DNA from: an uncultured archaeon
Lineage (GTDB): Archaea; Thermoplasmatota; Penumbrarchaeia; JASLWR01
Direction of reading: 5' to 3'
Length of the DNA stretch: 64,000 nucleotides
Assembly: GCA_964430885.1 (NCBI GenBank)
Contig: CAYSHM010000015.1
Span: forward strand, 9,265-73,264
Shown here in pieces: positions 37,701 through 47,276 of this stretch. The notes below the pieces were generated by a model, which worked only from the letters and a program-made list of their open reading frames with translations, had not been told where the DNA came from and made no database searches. A program made the position numbers and the translations under genes. Positions within the stretch are counted from its first letter, which is position 1. Each line of letters begins with the position of its first letter.

Positions 37701-39074
37701 TCGGACAATCTGGAAATGGACGGTGTTTATGTCGCTGTCGGCTCCGAGGCAGAGTTGCTTGAAATAAATTTTGTAAACGATTGGAAGATCGGAGTGATAA
37801 GCGGTTCGATCTGGAGCTATGAGTGGGATACCTCGGGATTGGAAGGAGGTAATTATACCCTGATAGTGAAAGCTCAGGATATACTGGGCAATAACATCTC
37901 TCTCAACCGGTCTTACATCCTCGATGCGGAATCACCTATTCTTGAAACCATCTGGACAGAAACTAATGGTGAGGACCGAATAGTGACGGGAAATGTTTGG
38001 ATCAACGGAACCGCCAGTGATAATCTGGGAATCGCTGAATTGGCATTTTCACAGGACGGCGGGAAAAATTGGATAAGCATAATCGGTAGCTACGATGCGG
38101 TTTCACATGTATGGACATATAAATGGAATACTGAAAAATTGGCCTCAGGGACCTTTGATATTGAACTAAAGGCTGCAGATTTGGCTAGAAGGGAAATAAC
38201 TGTTGACTTCAGTCTATATGTGGATAATTATCCACCGGAGATAGATGTTGAAGGAGGCAGCCGGCCAATAATAACTGAGCAGGGCGGAAAGATAAATATC
38301 AGGGGAACCGCTGAGGACGACAGCGGAATAGACAATATGAGCTACAGGATCGATCAAGGTCACTGGAACAAGATAGACGTTTCCGAATCTTCAGGACAAT
38401 GGTCCGTGATCATTGATACAAAAGATCTAACCACGGGGAAACATACCCTATATTTTCAGGTTGAGGATCTAGTGGGTCATAGTTCTGACAGCCAGAGAAT
38501 ATTCGAGATTGAGGCAGGGGAGGAAACATCATCGGAAAGTGGTAAAATAGCAGGAATAGACTGGTATATTCCTTTAATAATTTTGATTCTAGTGATAGTC
38601 ACTGTGATCATAATAGTTATCGTGGTGGTGCGAAAGAAGGGTTTAGGGGATGAGGACATGGATCCCATGAAAGACGAAGGTGAGGATGGAATACCGAACC
38701 AATCAGGAGGGAATATTGTCGATGTACCTTATATAGAGAAGGATACTAGGGGAGAAGAAACAGATCCACTGTCAACAGGTGAGGAAAATGCTCAAAGGGG
38801 TGATGGGTTTTACGATATGGTTCCGATCTATCAGATGAGGGAGGTTTACAAGGACGAAACGGCTTCTGAGGGTGATGATGTTTCAGCTCAAACATGGGAG
38901 TATAATAGTATTGAAACAACAGAGAGGGATGTTGGTCTTTCAGAAAATGACAAAGAGGGTACTGATGTTGAGAGGAGTTCCACGCCTCCAAAGAAGGAGC
39001 TTCCCCGATTACCCCCTGCAAGTTTAAAACCTGTCCCGAAGAACCGCAGGCTGCCCCCTCCTCCTCCAAAGTAA
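34800..39074 (+). CDS. Large membrane-anchored surface protein: transglutaminase-like catalytic domain + Ig-like repeats
   Basis: Signal peptide; CSCGQYS...ALIP...EDHVWNEFY..RWIMWD triad; repeated I.G...D..G....WDT..L..G.Y.....A.D..G modules; TM, acidic tail, Pro-rich end. Confidence 0.85.
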   Translation: MSFFRLKHNYSIYVSLLLSFAFILNCSMYMTDNSVFERGGKTVWDPKVTGLGPSSSSIGEESRGFDKIGNTSRSIVMEPGDMYYAYLDYKNQTLVEVNIDDDPIILPQAASDALEIVPDWIHDDLEYTFSTLSSSDAVTYAQQILDSPEEEYVDEIAFCIAKTHKGLLNSLVHYNYETIFTWNAQMIYSVDSWGLNYTEILEKNDYTTLSYNSRFGGVHELARDDYYWYVVYPRTHIELPRTRVVENNTVFWRSFFLNDSRYGESLYEVVKDADNVYEAAEDLGDWLLGFMEFNYGWNHIDPIDVYLNSQQCSCGQYSIITGTMAKAALIPCYSLGTRSEDHVWNEFYDTRWIMWDTSIGDINTNELNIIDDPGLFDPDPPNGRYGNGALGQKQLSTIYITRGDEYIYQSLAYTDYADLTVTVTDSSGNPIDGARVDLYPATAGSNPDRPVCMWGYTDSSGQTDFKVGNKLDYYAKAHHDVMEKMPDGNLVQKIVNNAQAGQSYSANIQYPEESPKDLPVNDSDTDSSGLAMIETTITISGESQYCVNTENEAWGLGVEYPTQQDEGALSYFVCTFGEFQKYLAGQEFISHQLEDFTTGGSFIFETDILSDLYVVISNEQAYSTAKEVDISIDMFYTDTPVIILDKDLNPGLLSKEDHIHISGNAYSPSDADSLEYRFDNGDWIDITEEIQSRSQGKMSFDAHISLASLDSGDHTFFIRLSSGSNAGTDSFEFQLDVDCPVIDIETPINGTIMEKEETITISGSVSDDIEVSSLIMDISGPGIENDDDYQGLEPMVDILNGTFRYELDMEDMDSGRFTVTLAAADLVGHRGSAFSVFYLDTDSPLVIIDTPQNGDFLGGAYEKINIEGRLLEEIGVVSLNLLIEGSSPVSLLPYLNGSEWSYPWNLSEAESGEYDITVIAEDGIGNTGMALLTVELDITPPQLSINDEDLGGHIVKQGTVKTITGTVSDNLEMDGVYVAVGSEAELLEINFVNDWKIGVISGSIWSYEWDTSGLEGGNYTLIVKAQDILGNNISLNRSYILDAESPILETIWTETNGEDRIVTGNVWINGTASDNLGIAELAFSQDGGKNWISIIGSYDAVSHVWTYKWNTEKLASGTFDIELKAADLARREITVDFSLYVDNYPPEIDVEGGSRPIITEQGGKINIRGTAEDDSGIDNMSYRIDQGHWNKIDVSESSGQWSVIIDTKDLTTGKHTLYFQVEDLVGHSSDSQRIFEIEAGEETSSESGKIAGIDWYIPLIILILVIVTVIIIVIVVVRKKGLGDEDMDPMKDEGEDGIPNQSGGNIVDVPYIEKDTRGEETDPLSTGEENAQRGDGFYDMVPIYQMREVYKDETASEGDDVSAQTWEYNSIETTERDVGLSENDKEGTDVERSSTPPKKELPRLPPASLKPVPKNRRLPPPPPK

Positions 39075-39092
39075 AATAGGTGTGTGTTAAGG

Positions 39093-39839
39093 ATGTGTTT
39101 CAATGCGTCAATAAGCAAGAATGGAGATATAATTGAAAAAAGGTTTGATGCAGTTTTCAGGAAAAGACGCACTTTCGAGCCCATATACCATAAATCCGCT
39201 TTTTCACTTCCCAAATGGCCGGTGATAACCGATATTGATCCTGATATTATTGAGCAGTTCACATGGGGACTTGTTCCATTCTGGATTAAGGAGCGGAAAC
39301 AGGCAGAGGATATCAGATACAAGACCATGAACGCCAGAAGTGAGACATTGTGGGAGAAACCATCCTATCGGGCCTCTGCCAGAAGCAAAAGATGCCTGGT
39401 CATCGTTGATGGATTCTATGAATGGCGCTTAGTGAATGGCAGGAAATATCCTTACTACATAACCATGCCCGATCATTCCCCCTTTGCTCTGGCAGGTCTA
39501 TGGGAAACTTGGATGGATGAAAGAGAAAGGGAAACTCTTGAAACATTCACAGTGATAACTACAAAGGCCAATCCGCTTCTTGAAATGATCCACAATACCA
39601 AGAAAAGAATGCCAGTCATATTTGATGGAGATATTGAGAGGGCCTGGTTGGATCACGAACTGGAAAGGGATGAATTAGAGGCACTGCTGATGCCATATCA
39701 GGGCGAATTGAAGTCCTATACCATATCAAAATTAATAACTGATAGGACAAGGGATAACAATGTTCCAATGGTGATGTCGCCCTACAAATACCGAGAGATA
39801 GATGAAAAGGAACCGGCCATTCAATACACTCTATTTTAG
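39093..39839 (+). CDS. SOS response-associated peptidase (SRAP/YedK/HMCES family)
   Basis: Start at ATG 39093 gives Met-Cys2 (MCFNAS); WGLVPFW, NARSET, RCLVIVDGFYEW, ALAGLW, IH...RMPVI. Confidence 0.93.
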   Translation: MCFNASISKNGDIIEKRFDAVFRKRRTFEPIYHKSAFSLPKWPVITDIDPDIIEQFTWGLVPFWIKERKQAEDIRYKTMNARSETLWEKPSYRASARSKRCLVIVDGFYEWRLVNGRKYPYYITMPDHSPFALAGLWETWMDERERETLETFTVITTKANPLLEMIHNTKKRMPVIFDGDIERAWLDHELERDELEALLMPYQGELKSYTISKLITDRTRDNNVPMVMSPYKYREIDEKEPAIQYTLF

Positions 39840-39912
39840 AAATTAACTGGCGAAAAGGATCAATAAAAAATCCCGTTTTTTCTAAACAAATATTCAAGTT
39901 TTGTGCAGCTAA

Positions 39913-40938
39913 CTATTCCATGGGTACAAGATGGGTAACCCCTATGGTTTCCAATATCATCCATACAATAAAAAGGATGTAGAGGAGTATCAGCAGAACC
40001 GATTCCACCTTTGAGATTCTTAAATTGGTCCTGATCATAACGAACAGAATTATGGTTACAAGGACAAGGAATCCCATTAAAGGAGCGGTCTGGGTGAAGT
40101 TGATGGTGGCGGTTCCAGCGATGAGTATTCCTGCAGGAATACATATCAGCAGATCAAAAGTGTTGGATCCTAAAACGTTTGCCATGCTTGTTATTGCTTT
40201 CCCCTTCCTGGCAGCCTTTATACTGACAAATGAATCCGAAATGCTTGTACCCGCAGCGATGACAGTTATCCCCCATAGGAAGCTGGGGGTATTGAAGATC
40301 TCGCCGAAACCTATTGCTGCAGTGACAAGTCCTTCCACACCTGCCACGATTATTGCTAAACCCAGGATCAAGATTCCCCACTGTTTCCAAATATTGATCT
40401 TTTCGGCAGGTTCCGGAGGAGTATAATCCATGGTATCCTGGTACTGGATAAATATGTAGAGGAAATAAAGTGCAACAGGGATCAGTGCAAGTTTTCGGTC
40501 CACTGTTCCAAATAATGAATCGCTGCCTTCGATGGATACAGGATTATAGATAACAGCAAATGAGAATGTTAAAAGCAGGGCTGCAACTGCAACCATATAG
40601 AACTGGGCTTCCTTGTAAACAAGATCTCTATTTGACCTTAGCGTATGCTTGGAGAATAGACCGGAAAGACCAGGTATTACCAAGATATTGAAGATCGCCG
40701 ACCCCGCGATAACTCCCACACCGAGATCGAACTCGTTGTGAACCATTGTGGATATGATAGTACTAGATAATTCCGGAAAACTTGACCCGATTGCTGCAAT
40801 AATTGCTCCCTGAACGATCTCTGGAAGTTCGTAATGAGCTGCCAGCTTTTCACTGGATCTCTCAAGGAAATCACTGCCCTTCCAGACCAAGGCGGTTCCA
40901 CCGACAGCTAGAAGAATGTAGAGCAGAATATCATACAT
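39913..40938 (-). CDS. Na+/Ca2+ antiporter (CaCA, YrbG-like)
   Basis: Alpha repeats AIGSSFPEL...GSAIFNIL and AAGTSISD...GSNTFDLL; about 10 TM segments. Confidence 0.92.
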   Translation of the reverse strand: MYDILLYILLAVGGTALVWKGSDFLERSSEKLAAHYELPEIVQGAIIAAIGSSFPELSSTIISTMVHNEFDLGVGVIAGSAIFNILVIPGLSGLFSKHTLRSNRDLVYKEAQFYMVAVAALLLTFSFAVIYNPVSIEGSDSLFGTVDRKLALIPVALYFLYIFIQYQDTMDYTPPEPAEKINIWKQWGILILGLAIIVAGVEGLVTAAIGFGEIFNTPSFLWGITVIAAGTSISDSFVSIKAARKGKAITSMANVLGSNTFDLLICIPAGILIAGTATINFTQTAPLMGFLVLVTIILFVMIRTNLRISKVESVLLILLYILFIVWMILETIGVTHLVPME

Positions 40939-41098
40939 CGAATTAGCCTAAATATTGACCTTAAATAAATACCTTGACATTGACAATTTTAATAAGAATA
41001 TTATCACTAAATGGCCCCATTATCATTAAGGTAAGACACAGCGGGATTTCAAATTTTAAATTTCTCTACAAAAGAACACACAATTGGATTGGATTTTT

Positions 41099-44000
41099 TT
41101 ATTTGCCGCCTGAAGAAATGTATTTTTTCTTTACCTTGTCAATAAAGGTATTTATATTATCTCTGATCACCTGATCAATACCCTCTTCTTTGTCAAATCC
41201 ATCACTTCTTTCATGGAAATGTCTCTTGGCCCTGTGAACAAAGGCCTCTATGCGGTTTCTACTATGAGTTGAACCCAAACCGTCGTAGACCAGAGACATC
41301 ATGGGAATATTTCCTGTTCTCTCCTTTATTGCCGGAAAAAGTGCTGCAGTGGAAGTACCTATCATACAGTTGAGACAGAACACGTTCAGAATACCGTCCA
41401 CTCCTTTTTCAGCAAAATCCAGGTGTTTGGCGACATTTAGGGCAATGAGAAGTTCGGGATCATCAGGGAGAAGTCCTTTGATGTATTTCTCTACAACTTC
41501 CCCATCGGGTTCGGATATGTTCTTGAGTATCCCTTTGAAATATTTTTGTACACGCCACATTTCCAGCTTCTGCATCTTGACTGAAGCCCAGGAATAGGCC
41601 ATTTCTCGGTACTCCTTCTGCCTCCAGTATCTCTTTTGACCTAGTTCGGTCCCCACTAGTGAAACATCAAAAATGGTAGGCGAGATCCATACCTCACAAC
41701 CCAATTCCTCCAGTACATCGAATAGATTTGAATTTCCCACAGGATTTATTCTAGTATATACATCTCCTGCCACACCTATTATGGGCCTTTGTTTTTTCTT
41801 GTCAACTGCAATGTTATCCATTATCTCTATGGCCTTGGCAATTCCCCGGTGTGTTCTTTCCTGTGATATTCCCTTGACAATTTTAATCAGGCCTCTATCA
41901 TATGATCTATTGACACTGCTTTTTATGATCTCATAGGGTCTTAGTTCATGTTTAAGACGAAGTATGTAATCTATTCCTAAGATACCCCTGCCCAAGCTAA
42001 CCATTTTTTTCATCCCCAGCATATCCAATAGATAGGATGGGGACGTCCCAACTACCTCTATATCACCTCTTCCCATTTTTTGGAGATATCTCCTTATGGT
42101 GGGTATGTACTGGCTTATCAGACAGGATGAACAGGTCGTTATCGGGAACATATAAATAGAATTCAGGGGCAGGGAATCGTCCTTCAGGAGTTTTACAATA
42201 TCGCCTGTTATTAAGTGGAAAGGATGACACTGTTTACCTCCTGTGATCTCCATGCCTAGTTCCATAATCTCTCTGTCAGGCAGAGGTAGTACATCTACTT
42301 CATGTCCTTTTGATTTCAGTATGCCTGCAAATGCAAATGCGTGGTCAGCGAACCTGGGAATGATGAAACGTTTTTTACCCTTTTTCAGTCCCTCAACAGG
42401 GTCAAGTTTTGAATCGGAATACGTATTATACGTTTTGGAATACTCACACTCTTTTGAACCAATTGCTCCATCTAAGGGTGTCTTTTCCCCTTTCTGATAT
42501 CCACTTATTCCTTCTTTCTGCATGCGCTTCCGCTGAATAACACATTGGGCGAATGCCTCTACCCTTGTCTCAAGACCAGCATCAGCCCTGTGTTCATCAA
42601 GTTCGATGAATAACGTTAGTTTATTCTGTAAAATATCCTCTAACAGCTGAAGGGAAAAAGCATCCGGACCGCAGCCGAAATTTGTTATCACTATAGGATA
42701 AAGGTTTTCTTTGGTGGAAATATAATCAGCCACATGAATCATCCTGCTGTTGAAATACCATGTGTCCTTATCCGAGCTGTAATTGGATTTGCCGGTAAAT
42801 GAATAATTGTCAGGTATTTTAATTTGGTCATAATGCATCACATCGAATCCTGCCCTTGACAGCTTGGTGGATAGTGCCAGATTGAGGAATCGATCTCCAA
42901 TAGTATATGGCTTCCCCATAATAACTGCCTGAGGCCGCTCTTTAGGAATATCCAATTTCTGAGTCCGGATGGTTCTTAGATGCATATCCATTGCTGATTT
43001 ATAGGCCTTATCAACCGTTTCCTTTTCAATACCCAGATTTTTTTCGATCTCTGAGCAAAGCTTGCCCAGCTGGATAGAATCCAGTTCAGGGACCAATGGA
43101 AAAACCATCACCTCAATTTCGGGAAAGGACGAAGCGATCATCGAGGATGCATGCTGGATATAGGGGCAGACGGAACGCCCTTCCAGATCTGTAGGTGAAG
43201 GAATGAACACCCTCTTGATACCTCTTGATTTTAGATTATTGACATGACCGAACATTACTTTCACAGGCAGACAGGTTTCTGCCGGGAGTCTCTTTAATCC
43301 GGATTGGAACTTCTCTGAATCGGTAAGACCTGATGTAAGTATGTCTATGTTCAGATCTTCAAAGAAGGCGAACCAAAAGGGAAAATACTCTCTGAAAAGC
43401 AGCGATTCAGGTATTCCGATGATCCTTTTACGCTTCCGGTTTTTAATTTTTTCAATTTTCCTTTCGTTGAACCTCTTCAATTTATTGATAATACTGTCCT
43501 TTACCTGGCTATGGTCAGACCCCATGTTGTCCTTGTTCAGTCTTTCGGAATAACGCCCGCATAGGTCACCGAAATAATACTTCTCCCTGCTGATTTTGAA
43601 AACGTTAACCTCACAGCTGTTCTCACATCCTCTGCAGTTCAGAATACCTACATCAGAAGAAGCAGGCATATCAAATCCCTTGAATCGAGAACCTTTGAAG
43701 GTGCTCTTTTCAGAATTCCCAGCTGCAGGTATTTCACTCATCTCTTTGGCTAGAAGTGCAACACCCAATGCACCTGAGGTCTCGGGTTCAGGATGAACAG
43801 ATATCTCGGAACCAAATAATCGTCTTTTAAATGATTCCACAACTGCAGAGTTTTTTGCCACACCACCCTGGAATATTACCCTATTTCCCATCTCCCTCCC
43901 TTGGGCAACCCTTGTTATATAATTCTCCACAACAGCAGTGGATATGCTCATCAGGATATCTTCCAAGGGGGTTTTTCTCTGTAAGTGATGAACAATATCC

Positions 44001-45484
44001 GATTCCATGAATACCGAGCACCTGCTGGCCATAGGGGCGGATTCCTCTGAAGAAAGGGCCAGTCTTGCAAAATCCTTCTTAAGGTCAACCCCCAATCTGA
44101 CAGCCTGTTCCTGAATGAAAGAGCCAGTACCGGCAGAACAGGCCCTGTTCATCTCGAAATCCTCAACCAGCCCTTTTGTATCCAACTTGATAAATTTTGC
44201 GTCCTGTCCGCCTATTTCAATAATAGTGTCAGCATCACTGAAGAAGTGAAAGGCTCCTTTTGCCTGAGCAGTGATCTCATCAATGATAATATCGGAACCG
44301 GTAATACTGCCTACTAATTTTCTGCCAGACCCGGTTACACCAAGAGAGATAATGTCCTTCTGTTCAATATTATTCTGTAAAAATTTTAGGGCCCTTTCAA
44401 CTGCTTTTATGGGTTTCCCCTCTGTGAATACATAAACCTTGGCGATGATTTCATTCTTATTGTCTATTAGAATGGCATCTGTACTTACGGAACCCACATC
44501 GATGCCTAGAAAACAGTTTCCAGAAATTTCTGCCCTATAGTTGAACTCAAATTTCTCCATGCTCCTTCTTTGTTTATCTGTTAAACGAGTCATTTCCCAA
44601 GCCTTGAGGGCGATTTTTTCCAAATTGTCGGATTTTATACTGTTGATAGCTTTTCTGATCTTATTATGTGTCAAAGCTTGATTCTTCCAATCTCTAGCCA
44701 ATAATCCCGCACCTACAGCACCCATTATCTGTGGTTTTGAGGGAATGACAATATCCTTTTCTTGTATTTTCAACAGTTCCCTGAAAGCTCTTAAAACCCC
44801 TTTGTTCAGGGCCACTCCCCCCTGAAAAACCACTGGTTTAACGATTTCACGTCCCCTGATCATAGTTGCAATATAATTTCTTGCAAGAGCATAACACAGT
44901 CCAGACACGATCTCATCCTCGACCACTCCTCTTTGCTGTAGGTGAATGATGTCCGATTTGGCAAATACGCTGCACCTACCGGCCACAGAAGGTATGTTCT
45001 TTGCCCTGGAAGCTTTTTCGGACAGTTCCTCAATTGACATCCCGAGCCGTTCGGACTGCACATCCAGAAATGCTCCAGTACCAGCAGCACAAAGCTCGTT
45101 CATGGAATAGTCATAAGGACCTTTTTCATCGACCAAAATGAACTTGGAATCCTGTCCTCCTATCTCTATTACAGAGGCTTTCCCCTTGACCAGGGAAGAT
45201 GCGGCAGTACCATGAGCAACTATCTCGTTTGCCGATGAAATTCCAAGCAGATCACAGACGATTTCTTTACCGCTCCCTGTTGCCACTGCATTCTCAAATT
45301 CTTTGATGTTCCGGGGTTCCATAAATGATGTGAAAAGCTCCCCCAAAACCCTGGATAGAGTACCATGAGGATCACCATGTACTCGCCTATAGGTCCACCA
45401 AGCGGTTCTTTTTCTGTGGTCTATAACAACAACATCAAGGCTGACAGAACCAACATCTATCCCCAAATAATACCTCTTCCTCAT
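41099..45484 (-). CDS. Acyl-CoA dehydratase activase fusion protein (2x BadF/BadG/BcrA/BcrD ATPase + DUF2229-like domains)
   Basis: Two GIDVGSVS / EIGGQD.K / MN..C.AGTG.F / RCSVF / FQGGVA.N units; CRGCEN.C; ETCLPVK..GH, NFGCGPD, ELDEH...G..TRVEAF; start at ATG 45484. Confidence 0.92.
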   Translation of the reverse strand: MRKRYYLGIDVGSVSLDVVVIDHRKRTAWWTYRRVHGDPHGTLSRVLGELFTSFMEPRNIKEFENAVATGSGKEIVCDLLGISSANEIVAHGTAASSLVKGKASVIEIGGQDSKFILVDEKGPYDYSMNELCAAGTGAFLDVQSERLGMSIEELSEKASRAKNIPSVAGRCSVFAKSDIIHLQQRGVVEDEIVSGLCYALARNYIATMIRGREIVKPVVFQGGVALNKGVLRAFRELLKIQEKDIVIPSKPQIMGAVGAGLLARDWKNQALTHNKIRKAINSIKSDNLEKIALKAWEMTRLTDKQRRSMEKFEFNYRAEISGNCFLGIDVGSVSTDAILIDNKNEIIAKVYVFTEGKPIKAVERALKFLQNNIEQKDIISLGVTGSGRKLVGSITGSDIIIDEITAQAKGAFHFFSDADTIIEIGGQDAKFIKLDTKGLVEDFEMNRACSAGTGSFIQEQAVRLGVDLKKDFARLALSSEESAPMASRCSVFMESDIVHHLQRKTPLEDILMSISTAVVENYITRVAQGREMGNRVIFQGGVAKNSAVVESFKRRLFGSEISVHPEPETSGALGVALLAKEMSEIPAAGNSEKSTFKGSRFKGFDMPASSDVGILNCRGCENSCEVNVFKISREKYYFGDLCGRYSERLNKDNMGSDHSQVKDSIINKLKRFNERKIEKIKNRKRKRIIGIPESLLFREYFPFWFAFFEDLNIDILTSGLTDSEKFQSGLKRLPAETCLPVKVMFGHVNNLKSRGIKRVFIPSPTDLEGRSVCPYIQHASSMIASSFPEIEVMVFPLVPELDSIQLGKLCSEIEKNLGIEKETVDKAYKSAMDMHLRTIRTQKLDIPKERPQAVIMGKPYTIGDRFLNLALSTKLSRAGFDVMHYDQIKIPDNYSFTGKSNYSSDKDTWYFNSRMIHVADYISTKENLYPIVITNFGCGPDAFSLQLLEDILQNKLTLFIELDEHRADAGLETRVEAFAQCVIQRKRMQKEGISGYQKGEKTPLDGAIGSKECEYSKTYNTYSDSKLDPVEGLKKGKKRFIIPRFADHAFAFAGILKSKGHEVDVLPLPDREIMELGMEITGGKQCHPFHLITGDIVKLLKDDSLPLNSIYMFPITTCSSCLISQYIPTIRRYLQKMGRGDIEVVGTSPSYLLDMLGMKKMVSLGRGILGIDYILRLKHELRPYEIIKSSVNRSYDRGLIKIVKGISQERTHRGIAKAIEIMDNIAVDKKKQRPIIGVAGDVYTRINPVGNSNLFDVLEELGCEVWISPTIFDVSLVGTELGQKRYWRQKEYREMAYSWASVKMQKLEMWRVQKYFKGILKNISEPDGEVVEKYIKGLLPDDPELLIALNVAKHLDFAEKGVDGILNVFCLNCMIGTSTAALFPAIKERTGNIPMMSLVYDGLGSTHSRNRIEAFVHRAKRHFHERSDGFDKEEGIDQVIRDNINTFIDKVKKKYISSGGK

Positions 45485-45524
45485 TCCTTCACCCAATGCT
45501 GTCTTTGATGTTATCCTATATACT

Positions 45525-45974
45525 TCATCTAATTATCTCTATTATCCCCTTTCCACCGTCCACACTGACAATATCCCCGTTCTTCATAATTTCCCCTAGG
45601 TCCCTTTCCGGAAGACAGAGCAGAGGTATCTTCGCTGAGATTGCTCCTTCCACAAGATTGTAGTCCGCCATTTTCAGATTCACTATAGCTCCGGGCTGCT
45701 TTCCCTGCTGGTATAGGGCATTGAGTACAACGCATCCGCCGGATGATCCCTTTGTTTCAGGGTATATCAGTATCTTACCCGCTATGGTCTCACCCTTTTG
45801 CTCATGGTCCCTTGCGATTATCTCCGATGTGTCCATATCCACATCACCCATGAAAGAGAAAGCTTTATTCATAAGTAGTGCAGAACCGGTAATTTGACCT
45901 TTGACTAGGCCTCTGCATTTTATTATAATTCTCTTAGATCTTGATGAATCCGCTTGTAAACCACTTTCTCTCAT
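45525..45974 (-). CDS. Aconitase X small (swivel) subunit, DUF126
   Basis: FSFMGDVD, HEQKGETIAGKIL.YP..KGSSGG, GDIVSVDG..G; adjacent to the DUF521 gene; probable start 45974 with GGGGTGA RBS. Confidence 0.87.
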   Translation of the reverse strand: MRESGLQADSSRSKRIIIKCRGLVKGQITGSALLMNKAFSFMGDVDMDTSEIIARDHEQKGETIAGKILIYPETKGSSGGCVVLNALYQQGKQPGAIVNLKMADYNLVEGAISAKIPLLCLPERDLGEIMKNGDIVSVDGGKGIIEIIR

Positions 45975-45975
45975 T

Positions 45976-47235
45976 TCAATCACCCCATTTTCCTTTAATT
46001 GCAGCCTCAATACATTTCTTACGGTCTACAAGCAGGGTCTCACAGCCGATAAGGTCCTTGACATATCGGGCCATTTTTCCGGATTCGGTCGCCATCGCCT
46101 CGATATATGGTACAGGCAGCCCGTACTGCTTGCAGGTGCTATTGCGCATATGTGATTCCACTGGGCAGGAGTCGCAAACGACCCTGCCGCCTGCCGACTC
46201 AATTATCTGTACATATCCCTGCCATTCAGCAGCCCTTTTGGTCATTCGGTTGGTGCAGACCCACAGTTCCACCCCCTTTTTCACCTTTTTTCCTGTGAGC
46301 ATTTCCGCAACTTCCCTTAATTGATCCAGATCATAATGTGGGCAGCCCAGAAGAACGAAATCGACTTCGCCTCCGTCCATTGTGCTTACCTTTTCCCGGG
46401 CTGTGTCAAGGTCATCAGGTGAAACCCAGTATATTTCTTGGGGTACATCTCCTTGAAGTGCCTCGGACAGGGTTCTTGCCTCGGCTGTTATCCCCGGAAT
46501 GTGATAGAGGGAGACGGAGCCGGATGTGGCAAGGGTCGCACCCATTCCTATGAGGTTTTCCTGTTTATGTGTCGATATTCCGTGCATTACCGGAACCTCG
46601 CTTCCCACGATCTCCCCGATATGGATACCCAGTAGATTGTAGTCAGTGAAATTTTCTAATTTTTCCTTCTCGATGTCGATATTGAAAAGATGGGTTCCCT
46701 TTCTGTTCTCTCGGAGCATATAACCCATTTCAGGATATTTTCCAGTCACCGCAGAATATTTTGTGAACAATCCGCCTCTGTTGGACCAGGCGCCCAGCAT
46801 CGAATTGTAGTAGATGACTGCAGAGGATTCCACAGTGGCAACATAGGAGTTCTTCGGCGGAATGAATCCCAGGAGGTAGGGAGTACAGGTATAGGTTCCC
46901 AAGGCGCCCATCTCCCTGTGGGGTTCAATGACCTCCATTTGCAGTTCGGCCAATTCTTCAGGTACACCCATTTCTTTCCATTGGTCTATATCCATGCATA
47001 GGGTGGATGTAGTTGTAGGCACCTCCACCTTGGGTGATTTTTCTGAGAACTCCAGAAGCGATTCCACACTGCCTCTGTAAATCCCCATCTCAGCCGGATA
47101 ATGGACGTACACAATATCAAGTAATCTTTCGGCTTCAAAAGCGTCACCGAACTGGGTTATATGATCCATAGCCTCTGCCTTTGCAGGACCGTATTCTCCG
47201 TCCAGCATTTTCTGTTCTTCCGGGGTTAGATGCAT
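45976..47235 (-). CDS. Aconitase X large (catalytic) subunit, DUF521
   Basis: LTPEEQKMLDGEYG, TCTPY, ESSAV.Y.NS.LGA.SNR, LYHIPGITAEA, LGCPH, CDSCP, ATESGK.A.Y. Confidence 0.9.
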   Translation of the reverse strand: MHLTPEEQKMLDGEYGPAKAEAMDHITQFGDAFEAERLLDIVYVHYPAEMGIYRGSVESLLEFSEKSPKVEVPTTTSTLCMDIDQWKEMGVPEELAELQMEVIEPHREMGALGTYTCTPYLLGFIPPKNSYVATVESSAVIYYNSMLGAWSNRGGLFTKYSAVTGKYPEMGYMLRENRKGTHLFNIDIEKEKLENFTDYNLLGIHIGEIVGSEVPVMHGISTHKQENLIGMGATLATSGSVSLYHIPGITAEARTLSEALQGDVPQEIYWVSPDDLDTAREKVSTMDGGEVDFVLLGCPHYDLDQLREVAEMLTGKKVKKGVELWVCTNRMTKRAAEWQGYVQIIESAGGRVVCDSCPVESHMRNSTCKQYGLPVPYIEAMATESGKMARYVKDLIGCETLLVDRKKCIEAAIKGKWGD

Positions 47236-47276
47236 AGGTTCCACCAATTAAACAGCCAAGTAAAAAAGTGATTTCC

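Noticed and set aside
31394-39839. Casposon or provirus next to tRNA-Val (family B polymerase beside a tRNA)
   Set aside because: The polymerase is cellular PolB2-type rather than protein-primed; no Cas1, integrase, terminal inverted repeats or distal att copy was seen.
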